Positions 46,654 to 62,303 of a stretch of DNA of 64,000 nt are shown here, piece after piece. A program made the translations under genes and the position numbers. The notes below the pieces were generated by a model. The model searched no databases, was not told the DNA's origin, and saw only the letters and a program-made list of their open reading frames with translations. Source of the DNA: Lingula anatina (Eukaryota; Animalia; Brachiopoda). Location: the NCBI GenBank assembly GCA_051362555.1, contig CM120642.1:434001-498000 (forward strand), read 5' to 3'. Each line of letters starts with the position of its first letter. Position 1 is the first letter of the stretch.

Positions 46654-49600
46654 CTGGAAAAGCAGAAGATATGGGCATGAATCAAAGAAAAAATAATTAC
46701 AATTTGCCTGTCAATAGATATCACATAACATTCATACAATGTGACATCAGTGTGTGACAGAGAAAATATTCTCTACTAACATGAAATGGTATGTTTTGTT
46801 ATATGAACATCATACATATTACCTACATGGAATGTACCTAAAAACAAAATAAACCATTCATTAGAAAATATCTACCTCTTGTTCAAAACTTATGTGCCTG
46901 TTACCATGTTTTCCAGATTCTCCACAACCTTTATCTTTTGATAAGTCCTAGAACAACTATCAGTAATAAAAAAAAATCTGCTGCTGCAGAGTGTCCTGTG
47001 TATCAGACATTGAAGAGGATAAAGTTAAATATTTCTACATCTTCATCTCCAAGGTGGGCTATCTAAATACATGACCTTTTCTCAGAAGGCAGGCTGCCAG
47101 CACTCTGCAATGTAGAGAAATCATGTCAGGTGTACATAGGCTGCTGACACGCAGATGGTGCGAATATTTCAGAATTAAATCTTACTTGGTTCCATTAAAA
47201 AACATCCTGCTCTCACAGCAGGCCATAGCACCATCACACGCAGGCTCAGATACAGTAGCTTTTCATATCAGGTCTGGACGTCATAGCAGGCAGAATACAA
47301 TCACATGCTACTGTATGAGTGCCATTTACATACTGCTGTATGATTACTAAGTTTTACTGACAACAAATGAGAAAAACTCAATATTTTCAACAATGTTTAA
47401 AGCAGATCTTTCTCATGAAAAGAAAAATTCAATAATTTCCTCAAGCATCAGTTGTGGTTACCTAGCGAATATTAAAGCAATGATTGCCAGGCACATTCAA
47501 AGCAAAATAAAGGCTCAAATAACAATTAAATGACATGTGCATTTTAAAGGTGTATGTTTAGGTAATATTCACTTGTTATTATCATGAATTCAGGCATATC
47601 TGTTGATTTCAAAAGTTAACTTCTTCAGATGAACTATACTGCCTTTTATTAAAGAAATGTTGCATTATTTACTCAGGTAGCAGACTTAACAGTAAGTCTA
47701 ATTGTCTGACTCATGGACTTGGACAAAAAACAAGTTATATCATCATTAACAAGAAATACCTTTCCCTCCCATGACCTACATGTCTTATGTTATAATCATT
47801 ATAGATGCTCTCACATAAACTAGTATCAATGCCTGGCACACTATGTCAGCTTTTCGGTATCAGAGCTCTTTGTACTAAGGTAAACAAGGTGTTTTTAAGA
47901 CATCAAAGCATTCCTGGTCAGCTTTCAGGTATGCAGAGTTTAGCTGATTACTCAGACTTCATCCTGGAAATTTAATCCTTTCTAGGAAAATATTCCAACC
48001 CTAGTGCTTTCTGCAAGCTAAGCTCACTTCACACGCAGTGAGAACACCATACAACAAAGAAAGTCAGCATCGGACTCCGCCTTCATTAAAATCAAATTTC
48101 ATCACTCATCCCACGTGAACAAAATGTTTCCAGGAATGCCACATCAAGCAGGTTGAGCACATCACTCTGTAAATAAATGATGAAAACACCCCGCAACAAA
48201 GGACTTCAACATGAAAGCATGCCCCGTGACCGTGAGGGTGGTGCGTCAATATCTCTGATTGCCACTGCAAACAAGCAGGAGAGGGTTGAAGCACAGACTG
48301 AAGTGGACGTAGAGCCTGGGGAAAACGGCTGAGCCATGCTACACTGATGTGTATTGGATACAAATATAACTGTGTCAAAGCAGCGATGGAACTCTTAGCT
48401 CGCCAAACATTGCTGGGGGCTTTTTTTTTGGTAGCTTGAGAGTGGATCTCTTGTTTGATACCCTTCACCGTCCAATTTATTTTGTATGACCTTTTACAAA
48501 ACATTCTAGTAATCTTTAAAATATATATATATATATATTCACGCAATAACCTCACCAACTGTTACACTCAGTATAACCTCAGAAGCAATAATAACCGTGC
48601 AGAAAATTGAACAAATCTTTTGTGGAAAAAACAATAAGAGCTTACCAACCTTTTCCTGTCATTTTGTCACAAAATGTAAGCAACAAACTATTTGTGAAAC
48701 GTGAAATACCATGCTTTGCAACCTCAAATGTTATGCCAGAAGACTAATTAAGGACAAATGAAATCCCACTGAATGTCTCCAAGGATTTATGATAAAAAGC
48801 AACAGCAACAAAATATTAGAATACTCTTCCAATGCAAAAATTTGAAAATTCAGCATAACATGCAATAAATCAAAACATGTGCATGCACACTGTGAACATG
48901 TGTTTGAATAAACAAGCCACACATGAAAATGCATACCCTACGACAACGACAGAAAACATGCCCTCATTCGGAGCAGAGCAGGGGCTGTTACTTGAAGTCG
49001 AAGTTCTGAAAAAACAACATAAGTACTTGCAGTAAATACTTTGACGATCTATCAAACAAAATGTCTGTTTTACTATTTTCAGCTAATGCTTCACCTTTTG
49101 AACTAAACACTAACTTTTCATATATGTAATCATACACAATAGATCATATGACTACAATTTAATCAAATGATAAATATTTCAATACTTATTAACAACTACT
49201 TATTAAACAGTTAATTGATGTTCTTCCAAGCAATCAATGAAATCAATTGAAACAATTTTTAATATTTTAAATATTACTAAATATAAATGAACTGACATTT
49301 ATGGAATGTTGCTTTAGCAATTAATGTACTCATGGCTTCTCTTAAAATTGATGAAGCTTAATATAGCAGTGCAGTGAACACCTTAACTATTAATGAATGC
49401 AGCCTTCACATGTAACTGGTGAACATTTTGTGATCATGCAATATATTAAATGGTAGAAAATATATGCTGACTTCGATAAATGAAATCCATAAAATAATTT
49501 CAACTTTAAAGCAACAAGGGTGATGTCTTCATCAAAAACACAATTCAATTATTACTTAAAGCTATAAAAAATCTTTAAAATTGTTCTATGTAAAATGGTT

Positions 49601-52600
49601 TCAATACAAACATCCTATTTAGTTTTACTCAGAATGTGTAAAGAACCAGGTGGCCATTTTTTGGCCATTTTTCTGTAGGAATTCTTTCGGAAATTACACA
49701 AATATTTCACCACCTCTAAGTTAAAAATCTCCCCCCTCCTGATGCCCTCCTACTGCTCAAAATTGGTGAAAATATCGTCAATAATTTGTGAAATGCTCAG
49801 AAGTTGGCTCAGTTTCAATGAATCAGCATATACATACCACCAAGCTTCCTGAGACACTGCTTACATATTAAATCTGGATCCAGTGGGTATTTTTTAAACC
49901 ATTTGATTTACTTTCATATAATTTTGTGGTCAAATCTACAACAAATTTCCAAATTAAAATAAATATTCCTAATTTTCTTTAATCAAATCCAAAAATATTA
50001 GCCAAATGCAAAGAGAGCATGCTATTAAACAAGCACCAAAGAAATCCAGCGACTGCCAACAAGACATGTACATTCAGTCTTCAGATGACCTGTTTAACAC
50101 GCGACATGCGCTGTGGTGAAACTAGAGCCAGAATGTAGCCACTTCATAGCAGCAAGCTCACCACATTCTGACAGACTGAAATAGTTGCTATTCATTATTT
50201 CAGCCACAATCATTTTAGAACCCAAGACCTTGTTGGCTGGTGCAGGCAGCACTGTGGTAGTCTACTAATATATATTTATATATGTTTGGTAAATGCATCA
50301 ATGTGGTCCAATACCAAACACACACTGAGACTCTGAAACATCTTGATAAATCTGAGGATAAATGCAGCTGTCTGCTATAACTTGCCGTTCTTATTTCTAG
50401 TTCTAGAATGGGCAAAACAATGCTACTTCCAACAGCATAAACACAATAAATAAACTAATTAGCTGAAAACAAGACAAAAATGCATGTTCATCTATATCAC
50501 TGTGCATGTGCTATATCTCTATCCTGTGCAACTGACCACTTAAAATATTAACTGCTGTGCCAAAAGAAGTATAACTAAACATATAACCATAAAAAACAAA
50601 GGTAAAAGATAACTGCATGTACATAATTTATAAACACCCTCTCAAAACATTGCCCTAAGAACATAATGGATAGTTATAATGCTAAAAAAAAGTTCCTTTA
50701 CAAACCATGCCCTTACTTGAACTTAAGCCAACTGCAACAGAAGTTACTGTGATGACATCAGCATGTGTCTACCCTTATAAAAAGCAGAAGTGAATGAACT
50801 GACAACTACATAGTACATAAATTTCTGTCACAAGTTGTGCTCCAACAGAAATGTCTACTGCTGTGGTACTAGTACGCAAGCAGTGTGAATACATTAACAT
50901 TAAGTATATACACACCTTCCTACAACCCAGAACTTCCTCATCTTGCCGTCTTTAATTCACCGCCATTAAACAGTTGACAGCAGCTCAAACTCGACCACCT
51001 ATAACAGTAGCTAAATCCCTTCAGTCAGCTGCACCAACAATATAAAAAGCCAGTCAATTTAGTTCGGTGGCTTTTACATCATTCTCCAGGCTACTTTGAA
51101 TCACAATTTGCATTTTTACATGTGAAAGCCAAGAGGCATAATGGACTCCAAAGGTTGCTTATTAAAGGCAAACATAAAAGGGATTGAATTGAAATATTTT
51201 CAGGGAGCAAAGTAGCAGCGGTGATGTGCTTGGGAATGATGACCTCAGGAGCAACGGCAGAACAACCAACTTTTTGCTGCGACAACAAACGCCAGTGTTT
51301 TGCTCCAATTAAAAACTTCCATTCCAATGGCACCGATATTTGTGTTGCAAACAAGAAACAGAATGTAAAGACGCTGTGTTTTGATTTCATTCACAATGTT
51401 TGAGCCAGACGTAACTCATGCTCTTGGAGGTGACGGAACAAAAGAATTTGCAACATGAAACACTTACGGCTTCAGAAAGGAATAGCCAGCTCCATTAAAG
51501 CAGCTTGTCGCTGGTAGTTCTTTGGGGGAAATTACCCTTTTGTGTTGCTGTTTTACGCTGCATACACAAACAAGTGTGCTGGGCTGTTTGTTCTAGCTAG
51601 TTAGGGCAGCATGTTTCGTGTGATTCGTTGTCCACCTGGATTCCACGCACATACATAATGCAAATTCAACGAGGCAGGCACGCAGAAGTAATCGCCCAAT
51701 TCTATCTGGAGGAATGCAACATTGTATCAAACTGACAAAACAACTTGGGGTTCTTCCATAAGCAATTTGACTTCATGAATGAACCTACTCTGCTATAACA
51801 ATTACACAAATAGCCGAGGCCATTGGTTGAATCACATGTGGGATTTTCAAATTTTCTGAGCAATGAATTAACATCAAAACCAAACCACTAGAAAACAAAT
51901 CCTAAAGTGTCATGTTAACATTGAAAAGTAACTTCTACACCAATGCACATAAATATCTATGGATCAAGAAATGTTGTAATTCTTAACAGAAAAATAACCA
52001 AAATGGCTGATAAAGCTTGATGTCTTGTGGGATCAAATGATATATAAGAAAAAAAAAAACAAACTCAAAACTAACCATTTGTTTGCAAAAATTTCAAGTC
52101 AGTTTGAGAAGATTCATTTTCCCCTATTTTTAACTTATAGGTAAATATTATGCTATCAATATTATCTTATATTTACTCCAGGGGAAAGTTTGGGCAATTA
52201 AGAAGATAAAAATCTCAGCAAAAATCCTGGACACCAATCACCTAGCCAACACTGATTCATTCTTTAGAGAAAAAATAGATGATTAAAAAACCTCCAGGGA
52301 TTTCAGGTAGACAAACATGCAATACTGCCATTAGCTTAGAAATATTGGTCTTACTCTTCGACAATTCCCTGAAGGTAAGGAGTATTGGTTTAATTTCTTC
52401 CTAAATTCATTCATATCATAGCTAACATTCATCAATAACCGTAATGGTAGAAAGTCTTCACCTCCAAGGCATAGTCATCTGCTGGAAGTCATCAACAGAT
52501 GACCAAGTCTGGTGGTTGAAGACAAAAGTGGAAGGAGAAAATACCTTTTTTAGAAATTTTAATGTTTTATGAAGCTCTTAGTGGTACACTGTTATATTTG

Positions 52601-53563
52601 CCAACTCTCTACACTATATATTTATGCAGAAACCATTGATTACTCAAATAATATAAATTAATAAATGATAACTATAATCCTGTATCATTAATTTGTTCAA
52701 AATCTTCAATCTCATATTTGAATAGTTAACAATAAAATTTCGGATGGATGAAAGATGTTTATAAGAAATTGAGAAGAGGTTACAATCTGCAGAAATAACT
52801 AGACTAGTAAAAGTGAACACAATGCACAGAATGATACATATGAATGAAAAGAAAATAATTACAAACAACTAGTCTAATTCATCTCTATTTTTCGCCATCA
52901 ATATTCAATAGACAGTCAATCACATATCATAATTACTATAATTTCCCACAATTCTTTGGATGTGAAGGTAGACTATTACAAACCCACTTCACCTCTTTCA
53001 TTAATTCCCCCCCTTCCCCTTTCCAATCAAAAAGATAGCATCAAGAAGTAATTACTGCCATGCTGTTAATCTCTTCATTACTCTGATCTTCTAAGCAACA
53101 TGTTACATTTGAATACAGCTGCTGTTCCTGAGGGACTTCTTAGGCTTAAGATGGGTTTACACCTGTGTAATTGACCCAGCCCATTTCCAAACCAGGATCG
53201 CTTCAAATTACACTTCAACAGCAAAAAGAAATCTTGACCACCTTCAGAACTTATAATGTGTTAAATATTACAAATCAAAAGATTCTTTAACAATGCCTAA
53301 ATCAGTTTAAAGCTAGATTCCTTTTTAAGCGCACCAAGATCAGATGAAAGGTCACCACATGTAAACTGTCCTCAAAGAACAATCTACCTGTACTAATGAC
53401 CAGATCATTCATTTAGTGGGCAGCGAAAGATATGAAAGACAGTCTTGTCTCTGTCCATGCAAGTAATCCCAGAGAACTAAAGTTTAATTAATTCAGCCTA
53501 ACGAGTTACAGCAGCAGTATCTTGCTGAGAGAATGTCTAAAACATGTGCACACACAGGTAATG

Positions 53564-53736
53564 GGGCCGTAGCGATAGTCCGAAGGTTCAATAGTCCGAA
53601 GGTTCATTGGTCCGAATGTTCACTATAGAACCTTCGGACCAATGAACCCTTGATTAAAAAATCGATGAAAATGTAACCACTTTTCGGACCAATGAACCTT
53701 CGGACCAATGAACCTTCGGACTATCGAGACCCCCCC
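53564..53736. mobile_element. MULE/Foldback-type MITE with tandem 15-bp subterminal repeats and 9-bp TSD
   Basis: CAGGTAATG at 53555-53563 and 53737-53745; arms built of (ggttcattggtccgaa) units and their reverse complements. Confidence 0.8.
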
Positions 53737-56700
53737 CAGGTAATGCAGGCTTAGACATCTAGATCCACCTCCATCAGCAGATACACCTGTTTCAACAACC
53801 ATAAGATATAACCACCTTCTTCATGCTGTCTTAATGTCAATATGTGACATCTTCAATCAAATCATTTACAGTATCCTAATTTTTCTATCTAAATATATAT
53901 CACAGACAATATATTCATATACAAAATTATAACAGTTTGATTCTTCAAATCAACAGAAGTACAAATTTGTTGAATTGTAATTTTAGAGAAAACATAAGGT
54001 ACTTAATTTAACCTCACTTTGTGACAGGTAATTCACAAGTCTAGGATTGAGTAAACTGTACAGCATGTGTAATGGAAACACATTCTTAACAACTACAGGG
54101 TCTGAGTTGGATCACATAGCAGTCTGTGGTATCCACCTCATTCTACATAATATATAATAAATTAACAGGTAACACATCATATCCTTTCATATAGCATACA
54201 ACAGAACTAAACAGAAAGGCTTATGAACCAGTGTTACATAATTAATATTCTGTATCACCTTTTGTGAATGTAAAGAAAATACACCAGAGAGCTACAGAAG
54301 CACTACCATAGCCTGCAACTTCATCACATTTTCATGTAGAAACAACAAAGTCACAACACCCAGTGATCGATTTGCCTAAGGATTACTGTATCACGAACAC
54401 TATTCATAACACCATTACTCTACGCCCCACAATGCACCAAAGAAGAGGGAGAAATACACAATATATGCACAATGTGAGACCCAGGTCTAAACTGTACCAA
54501 TAGCCATGTTTGATCAGGAACAACAATGGAGTCCATGGATCAATATAGATATAAGATCAATATAGATATAAGATCAATAGAATATGAAATCAGCAAAGAA
54601 ATCGACAATGGAATCCCCAGTGAAATGAACAAATGGGCTGAAATTGACAAGTGGAGTGAAATCTTACAAGTGAAAGCAACAATGTGATAAATGACAATAA
54701 GAATGACGAGTTGATAATAGAGACGTGAATGAATAACCCCTGAATTCAATGGGGGTGACCTCTGACCTCTGTGACCCCTGACCTCCCATCACTTCTCAAC
54801 TACAGTGGGCCACTAGGTACCATTGAAATCAAAACTATATCATATACAGTAACAGATATGTATTACATTACTGTACCTGAATTCTTTTGATTCCTGCATG
54901 TCTATGGAGTATTTACTTTTGATAAAAAAATGTGTTTCGCTCATCCTGTATTTATAGATAATCTATTGAATCAACATCAAAAACAGATTACTTCCTGCAT
55001 TTCTTCTTTTCATCTTTCTACCCCCTCTGATTTTTTTCTATTTATTTCCCTTGCCTCTTTTTATTTCACATACAATTCTCAGCCAACTTCACAGCAGATA
55101 AATCATTTTGTTGCTGGTGGTGACATCAGTGTACAAAACAGATCTTACCCCCCCACCCCCCCGGGACATGTTACGTCTGATGCTGCCCCCTCTACCAAGG
55201 ATGTGGATGCACATCGTAATATAATGTACATACACACTTATAAAAATCACTGTCATTTGGTATCATCTAATTGCATATACAACATATTGTCAATCTTTAC
55301 ATTTTAGCTTACATGCTGGTCAAAAACATTCCAATAAATATGTACAAACTTATTTATTTATGGACATACATCAAGTGACCACTGAGGACAGAAGTCATCC
55401 TAAGTGCAACTGTCAGTCAACCACATAGTCAACAGATATATCATCAGAATTGATAAGAAAAGGAAAATGAAGAGAAGGGGATGGGGGGAGGGGGGGGGGC
55501 AGAAGCCAGTATCAGCCAATTCTCTGCCTGCTTACCTTAGCCGACCATGTTGTATTACTACTTCACCGTATGTGTAAAAGTTGTATATACACTTTAATTA
55601 CTATAATTGGGGATGCTGTGTACAACTACTAATATCATGTTAAACAAAATAACACCTAGAATTAATTAAGATTACTATAAAAACCTGTCTACCCATGCCT
55701 CACTCCAGACTATATCTAGTCTCACTTCATCAACCATGCCCTGCACTGCTCTGCATGTCACGGGGAAATTGGAAATCAATACCTCAACGCAGCGTATTCA
55801 AAGCCAAAAATTCCTTGCTGCCTGTTCCGCCATGCTGTAGCCTGGACACACAATGTTCCAGTGTGGTGACTTGGATACACAGTCAGCCAACGCGGCCAGG
55901 TATTGTGATGATTTAAAGTAGACTGTCATCATCACTATAATACCAGACTGTAGTCTTTTTAGAAGAAAAAAATACAATAAACCATTGTTCTGAGTTTAAA
56001 TATGCAGACACTTGGACATTTTGATGCATACCTTGTATAGCCCATTGAAAGTTTATATTTCTGATAGTCTACCTATATAGTCAAGTTTATTTTAAAATGA
56101 ACACTTCACTAACTGGTATATTATACATGTATGAGGTTTCAACCTACATTATACCAGTTTATTGTATAAAATATGATACACATTAACACAGAAAACCTAT
56201 GTTGCTTTGCCAGACATATTAAATCATTTTCCTTCAACTTCAGTCCATATGTGACACATGATCTCCAAGTATCCGCCTGATCCCTGACTTCAACTCTGCG
56301 ACATGTCATATGACACTTTTAGTGCCAGTCTGTGACCCTCCCCCAAAACAGACAGACCAGCTAAGTACCCCATTACAAAATTATGCCATTAAAGACTTCT
56401 GTATCAATTTGAGGGAGGGCTAAGTAGCATAAAGATGGCATAACTTGATAACAATAAACACCGTCTGCCTTGAAGACGTCCCCCAAGGAACGTAACTAAC
56501 AGGTGGTCCCTCAGTCGGCCGCTTTACTGGGATAGCACCCAATACTCAATAGGCAGACTTCATATTCTTGACAGAAAATGTTTTCAGCATACCTTTTTTT
56601 TCAGTCATAAGTATTGACAGAATCTTGCAATCTTTGTCTTGTAATATTTGATGGAAAATATCTTAAGAATTTTTCATTAATAACTCATTATGTGGGATTT

Positions 56701-59700
56701 TTGGAATTTTTTTTTTTTTTTTTTTTTTTACCAGTGACAATGACTTGACTTCTTACTGATAGATAACCAGCCTACTATACCAGCTTAAATATAAACTACA
56801 GACATTCCATTGATAAAAAATTAACAAATTATGCACAAGAAATAAGGAAAGGCAATTCAAAATGGAAATTAAGGCAATTCAAAATGATCTTCACATTACT
56901 GAGAACTTCCTATGTCACTTCCTGTACCAGTCTGTAGAGATAGGGCCTCCATGCATTATGTATAGGTTTATACTGCCTACCTCTGGTGCCATACCCACCA
57001 TGTAGCAGAGACCAGGTCTTACTGGAGGTCTAACTAGATTCCATCACATTCAGCTGTGCCATGAGTAATAACCAACTTGGTAACAGATGGGGCTTGTGGA
57101 GTAACCAGTAATTACATTTTTTACTCATGGAAATATTAGATTTTGAGAATCACCAGAACTTGGTGCCAAACTTCACAAAACTAGATATTAAGTCAATACA
57201 ATACATTCTAGCTGTGAATAACTGAGTGAGCTCTTGCCCTCCAAAAACCTCTGCTTTTCCACGAAAGAAAACCAATTGTTATCTTTGTATGCATACAACC
57301 CAGACAAGCACCAAAAATGTCCAAGAAGGAAGGTATGTCCCATTGTGAAAGTAAAAGAAAAAACAACCATTATTTGCAGCATTTCTGTCTTTTTAAAAAA
57401 ACCACGTAAGTGCCAGAACCTAAAATGCAATGATGTTTGAAGTGTGTTCAAAAGAAAGAAGTGAAATTCCTGCCTGGTATCTTAGTACAGAACAAAGCCA
57501 ATGTGCCACTGTGAACTGTGCCTGTTGCAGTCTGCTATGTTTGCTTTAGTCTTATTAAAACATCATGAGGAAAAACATCACAGGGAATAAGAATGCAAAG
57601 GAAATCTCGGCTCACTATTTCAACATTGAGAGGTATTAACAACACAGAACAAGGTGTTCTCTCACCTCGCCCTTCATTCCTTCTTGAAGATGAAGTACTT
57701 TATTTATAATATCAAGAGGTGGAAATCAATGAATTACTTTTACTGCTACTATCCAAGACAGCCCTTACCTCTATTAAATCATGTTAATTTGACATTGATA
57801 CTGTTCTCTGGTCATCCATTATAGATCAATCAGATATACTGAAGAAGATATGGGCTATATCAATAGGCAATCATAAGTATGCTGACACTTTAGATCCATC
57901 ACCAGGGACCTGCCTCCTCTGTATTCAGTTTGAACTACTTGAGCAAGGTATTCCCTTACCTCTCAACTCAAGTCAACAAATCCAAGATTCATGGAATGCA
58001 TTTCTATATGTATGTACTTCAGATCAATATAACACCAATATCTGATCTCACTAACTTCATCACACCACTAGTACTATAATATAATGCTGCTGTTCAGGAA
58101 GTATAGGCGTAGTACTAAAAAACCTTGGAGTATTTTCAATGAGCAGTTACGAGCCACACATATTTACCTGTTTCCCTCCTAAACTTCAGAAGTGACAGCT
58201 GGCCATTAAATAAATTCCTCACAGGTAATAAATGTCAGGTGTGCGTTCATTCATCCACCCTGTAAGCCAGCAAACTAGACCTTCCTTTGGTCCTCCTGAT
58301 CACAGTCAGTCATCTCATTCCGTTCATTCAAACCGGCTCAATGTATTCAGTATACAAATCCCACTCACAGCATACCTAGCCCTCGCTTTCATATCTGAGC
58401 ATGCTCAGTGCCTTTCACAACGTCCAAACAACATAGCTCAGGTAAGCTGATGGATTATCCAATCAGATCCTGGCTTAAGTGGTCAGTCAGTATTTGCACT
58501 GGAGTGGTCACTAGAGGTATTAATAATGCAGTATTAAGAGCAGGCCCTCAGCACAAGTGGCTGGCTAATGTTACATCAGAGCATTTAATTAAGATTAACA
58601 AGTCTGGACAATAACAGGGTTTTATTTACCTGTTTGATACCTAACTCAGGGTTCACAGTTACAATAACACTGAGTAAAGGTCCAGCTTAACAGCAATGTC
58701 AAGTGTGCATGTGCCTCGTATGTTCTAATTATGCCAATTAATTGACCATACGGTGGGCCATCAGGTGGAGGAGGGGGGGGGGGGGGGGCATCAGGTGGGG
58801 GGGGGGGGGCAGACAGGTTAACAGACAGGATAACCATATCCATTTCCAAGTTTCTGATAACAACCTTCTTTAAAATTGTACCTGATCTAAAAACTTTCAT
58901 CAAGAAATTATCTCTCACACCTTTCTTATAACCTAAACCTTGTCACATGCAGGTATGTGTTCTATAACGTGAGTGGGTTATGTGATCCATTATACTTCCC
59001 ATTTTATAATCTCTTTACACAACCTGCTTCAATTCCAGTCAATGCACAGCCTCCAACCAAGCATTTCAGAACCCTATTCTCATTTTTACACCCCTAGAGT
59101 TGCACATAATATGACTTTCAATTTCAGATATCAAAAGTAAAAGGTCTTGCAAATTTGTCACAACAAAAGCAAGGTTACAAATGAATTTCAAATTCAGAAA
59201 TTAATTACATCAAATCAGAGCTCCTAAAAATTTAGTCACTACACCCTAGCTGCAACGTGCTTCTTTCCAAATTTTTGCACTTGTGCAACCTTTTCAGGAT
59301 CTTATACTATAAAACCTCTAGCTAATCCAGTAAAGTCCCAATGAGATTATCCCATATAAATCTGTGCAGGGCTTAGGTAACAGTGAGAGGATTTCAATAA
59401 AGTTTCATATTGTAAGTCTTAAGGTGCAGTAATGGTTTACTGGTGGTCACTTAAATACTTTTAAAGGTAACTAATACAGACACACCCCCTATCAAAGTGA
59501 TGGATTGTCTTCAGCCAGCCATAGCTTTATAACAAGTAAGAGAGAGCTAGAAATTATGGGATGGATAGATGAATGCACTGGCCAGCCCTCATGACAAGTG
59601 TCCAGTGATGTGACAAGGTCAGCAGAAAGGTCACTCCAGATAAACAACTGGCTTAAGATAAAGTATAACTGACCACGAACCCCAACATTCAGATTAAGAT

Positions 59701-60293
59701 ATCTCCCTCTGTGTCAAGTTCAGCTCCTTGAGATAGGACACAGTAACTTGTTGTGGATATTGGTCACTTCCTACTGTCATCCTAAGTGACCTCCCAGGCA
59801 GTGGACCAAGTACTGGACTTTGAATTCATACTACATAATAAAACCTGTTTAACAATTCCAAACATTCCCCTAATAACGTGATCAGTCTTAAACAGAGACA
59901 GGCTTTCAAATACATACATTTATTTTCAATAGTCTGTTATTTACTTATCGTGCTATGTAAATAGTCATATATACATACCTTTTAACAAAATAACTGATGG
60001 TATAAAGACACAAATGTGTTTATTTAAACCCATTCACAAATCCTTTCAGTTTCTAACGAGCGCATCAAAAATTCTTCAGTAATTCCAAACTGATAAGTAC
60101 TATGTCACCTGAGCTGAAAGTCTAACATAGCACTGACATAGACCTGTGACATTCCTGGTCTGCTACATAAAGAGCAATAAATTATAAATAATTGAAAGCT
60201 ACTTAAATCTCTATTCATTTACTAAGTGCCTTTCCTTGTAAGACTCGGTGTTCTATTTAGATTACAAGTAGATTTCACTGACAGAGTGAGCAC

Positions 60294-60295
<2 letters not shown>

Positions 60296-60328
<33 letters not shown>
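60296..60328. repeat. (GA)n microsatellite
   Basis: Direct reading. Confidence 0.9.
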
Positions 60329-60331
<3 letters not shown>

Positions 60332-62265
60332 GTGTTGAGTTGAAGGCCATGAGGAAGGTAAACTTTACATTTTCCATTTTTTTTACCATCAATAAATAAA
60401 CAAATAAATAAAAAAATTAATGAATTAATAAGAGATAAGAACAGACAGATGATGAAAAAAGGTGACAGAATGCACCAAGAAAAGATACACATTTCACAAA
60501 TCTCAAAACTGAAATATTAAAGGAGAAACATTGGCCTTGGAACAGGTTTACAGGTAATACATCATTCTTTTTTTTTTTTTTTTTTGCTAAATTAAGGATG
60601 AACATGTCCTCACAGCATGCGTGGAAGACATCATTGGGTCTAAGTACACAGGAAGCCACGCCAATCAGCCTCCTATAATCAGGATTACCTAAGCACACGC
60701 AACAGTTCAAAGTTACAGTACAACTATTTCTACATGATATATGGCGTCTAGACCAGCTAAGACAGGCAGTTATTTCACAGTCCCAATGCTTCCCCTGAGG
60801 TAGCTAGAATGTCTCTCTCTTCTGTCACAAGTCATGTTTCTCCCCCTACAGCCATCTCCAGGTGTACAAGTGGTTTTTATTTATCACCATTCATGTTGCA
60901 CACTAAGGCATGTTAGGTGAAAACTTCTACTTAAGGGTAAAAAATTTTGTCGTACTTTAATACTACTACTTGCCACCGGCTGTAGTTATTCAGTGCCACA
61001 GTTTGGAAAAAGTCCACATTTATTACATTTTTGAGGTACGCCCAGTAATCTCACGTGACAAATATTGGCCAATTTCCCAAATCATCCAAAATTTTTATCT
61101 TATCATGACAATGATGAATGTTCTTTTTTGCAAACTAGAGTTATTCAATCTTGAGCTGTAAATAACATGTAACCAATAAAGAAATATCACCCCATACTTA
61201 ATACAACGTGAGCAGAGTCATTTGTAACAATAAGAAGATAACAGATAAACCTTCAGTCACAATATTGCATGATAACAATGAACTGTGGAATGTCAAGAAC
61301 AAACCCTTCATTCTTCTATACATTTAGCAAAAAATGAGGTGTCTCTTCACATTATATCAAACACAATAAATCTCTTGATAAGCACATTCCAATTACTACA
61401 TAAATATACAGGCATCTATCTTTATATGTACACACACACAAATAAAAGCCCGTTTTTTTTTCAAGGAAAAATTATTCAGCACTTTTTTAAAAGTTTATGG
61501 CCAACTCACCCCATATAATCTGGCAGTGCTATTTGTCCCATGGAAATGTGTCACGACTTTCTGTTAAACCTTCAGACAAGTGCTTATATATACCAGCTTC
61601 ATCTTATGAAACCAGCACAAAAATATTTTCACACGCCTTTCCTTCTAATTCTACCCAACTCTAAATAACAGCGCTTCTGTCAAGAACAACTCGCCTCACC
61701 ACCGCCTACATCATTTGCCAAACATCATCTTTACAACTTTATATAATTTCCGGAAGTAGACATAAAGCAAAGTCCCTTTACAACTTTCATTATAACAACA
61801 AACACCTGTCCTATGACCACAAATAAGGCTACCTCTGGTTGTTCCTCTCTCACCTGAGTTGTCTAACAACACCTACACATTGCCCTCATCAACATCAACA
61901 TTTACATGGACATTGTTGTTGTTCCTTATCTACTCCTTATACCAATGTATTCTTAGGGCATGCCTGATTAGTTTCAGTGTTCAGTCTAAACAAGTTCTTG
62001 CACACCCTTCTCACCATCACTGTAGTCATATGTATCTATCCATCACTACTGCTACTGTCCTTACCTCTATCACAGGTAAAACATTGTAAGTCATTCATAA
62101 ACTCATAATATTGAAATATACAAATAAACTATTCATTTTAATAGCCACTGATAAATATACAATTATTAATATCATAAGGGCAAGGCATGTCTGCACTTTC
62201 CTCTCTCTCCCCACCCCAATTCAACCGCATCCCCTCCAAACTATGGGTCAGTGACTTGTAGACAC

Positions 62266-62268
<3 letters not shown>

Positions 62269-62302
<34 letters not shown>
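62269..62302. repeat. poly-C tract
   Basis: About 34 consecutive C. Confidence 0.85.

Positions 62303-62303
<1 letters not shown>

Noticed and set aside
55531-55548. Minus-strand acaacATG GTC GGC TAA G|gtaagc as a coding first exon
   Set aside because: An in-frame stop precedes the donor; at most a non-coding exon with a 3-codon uORF, and unsupported.
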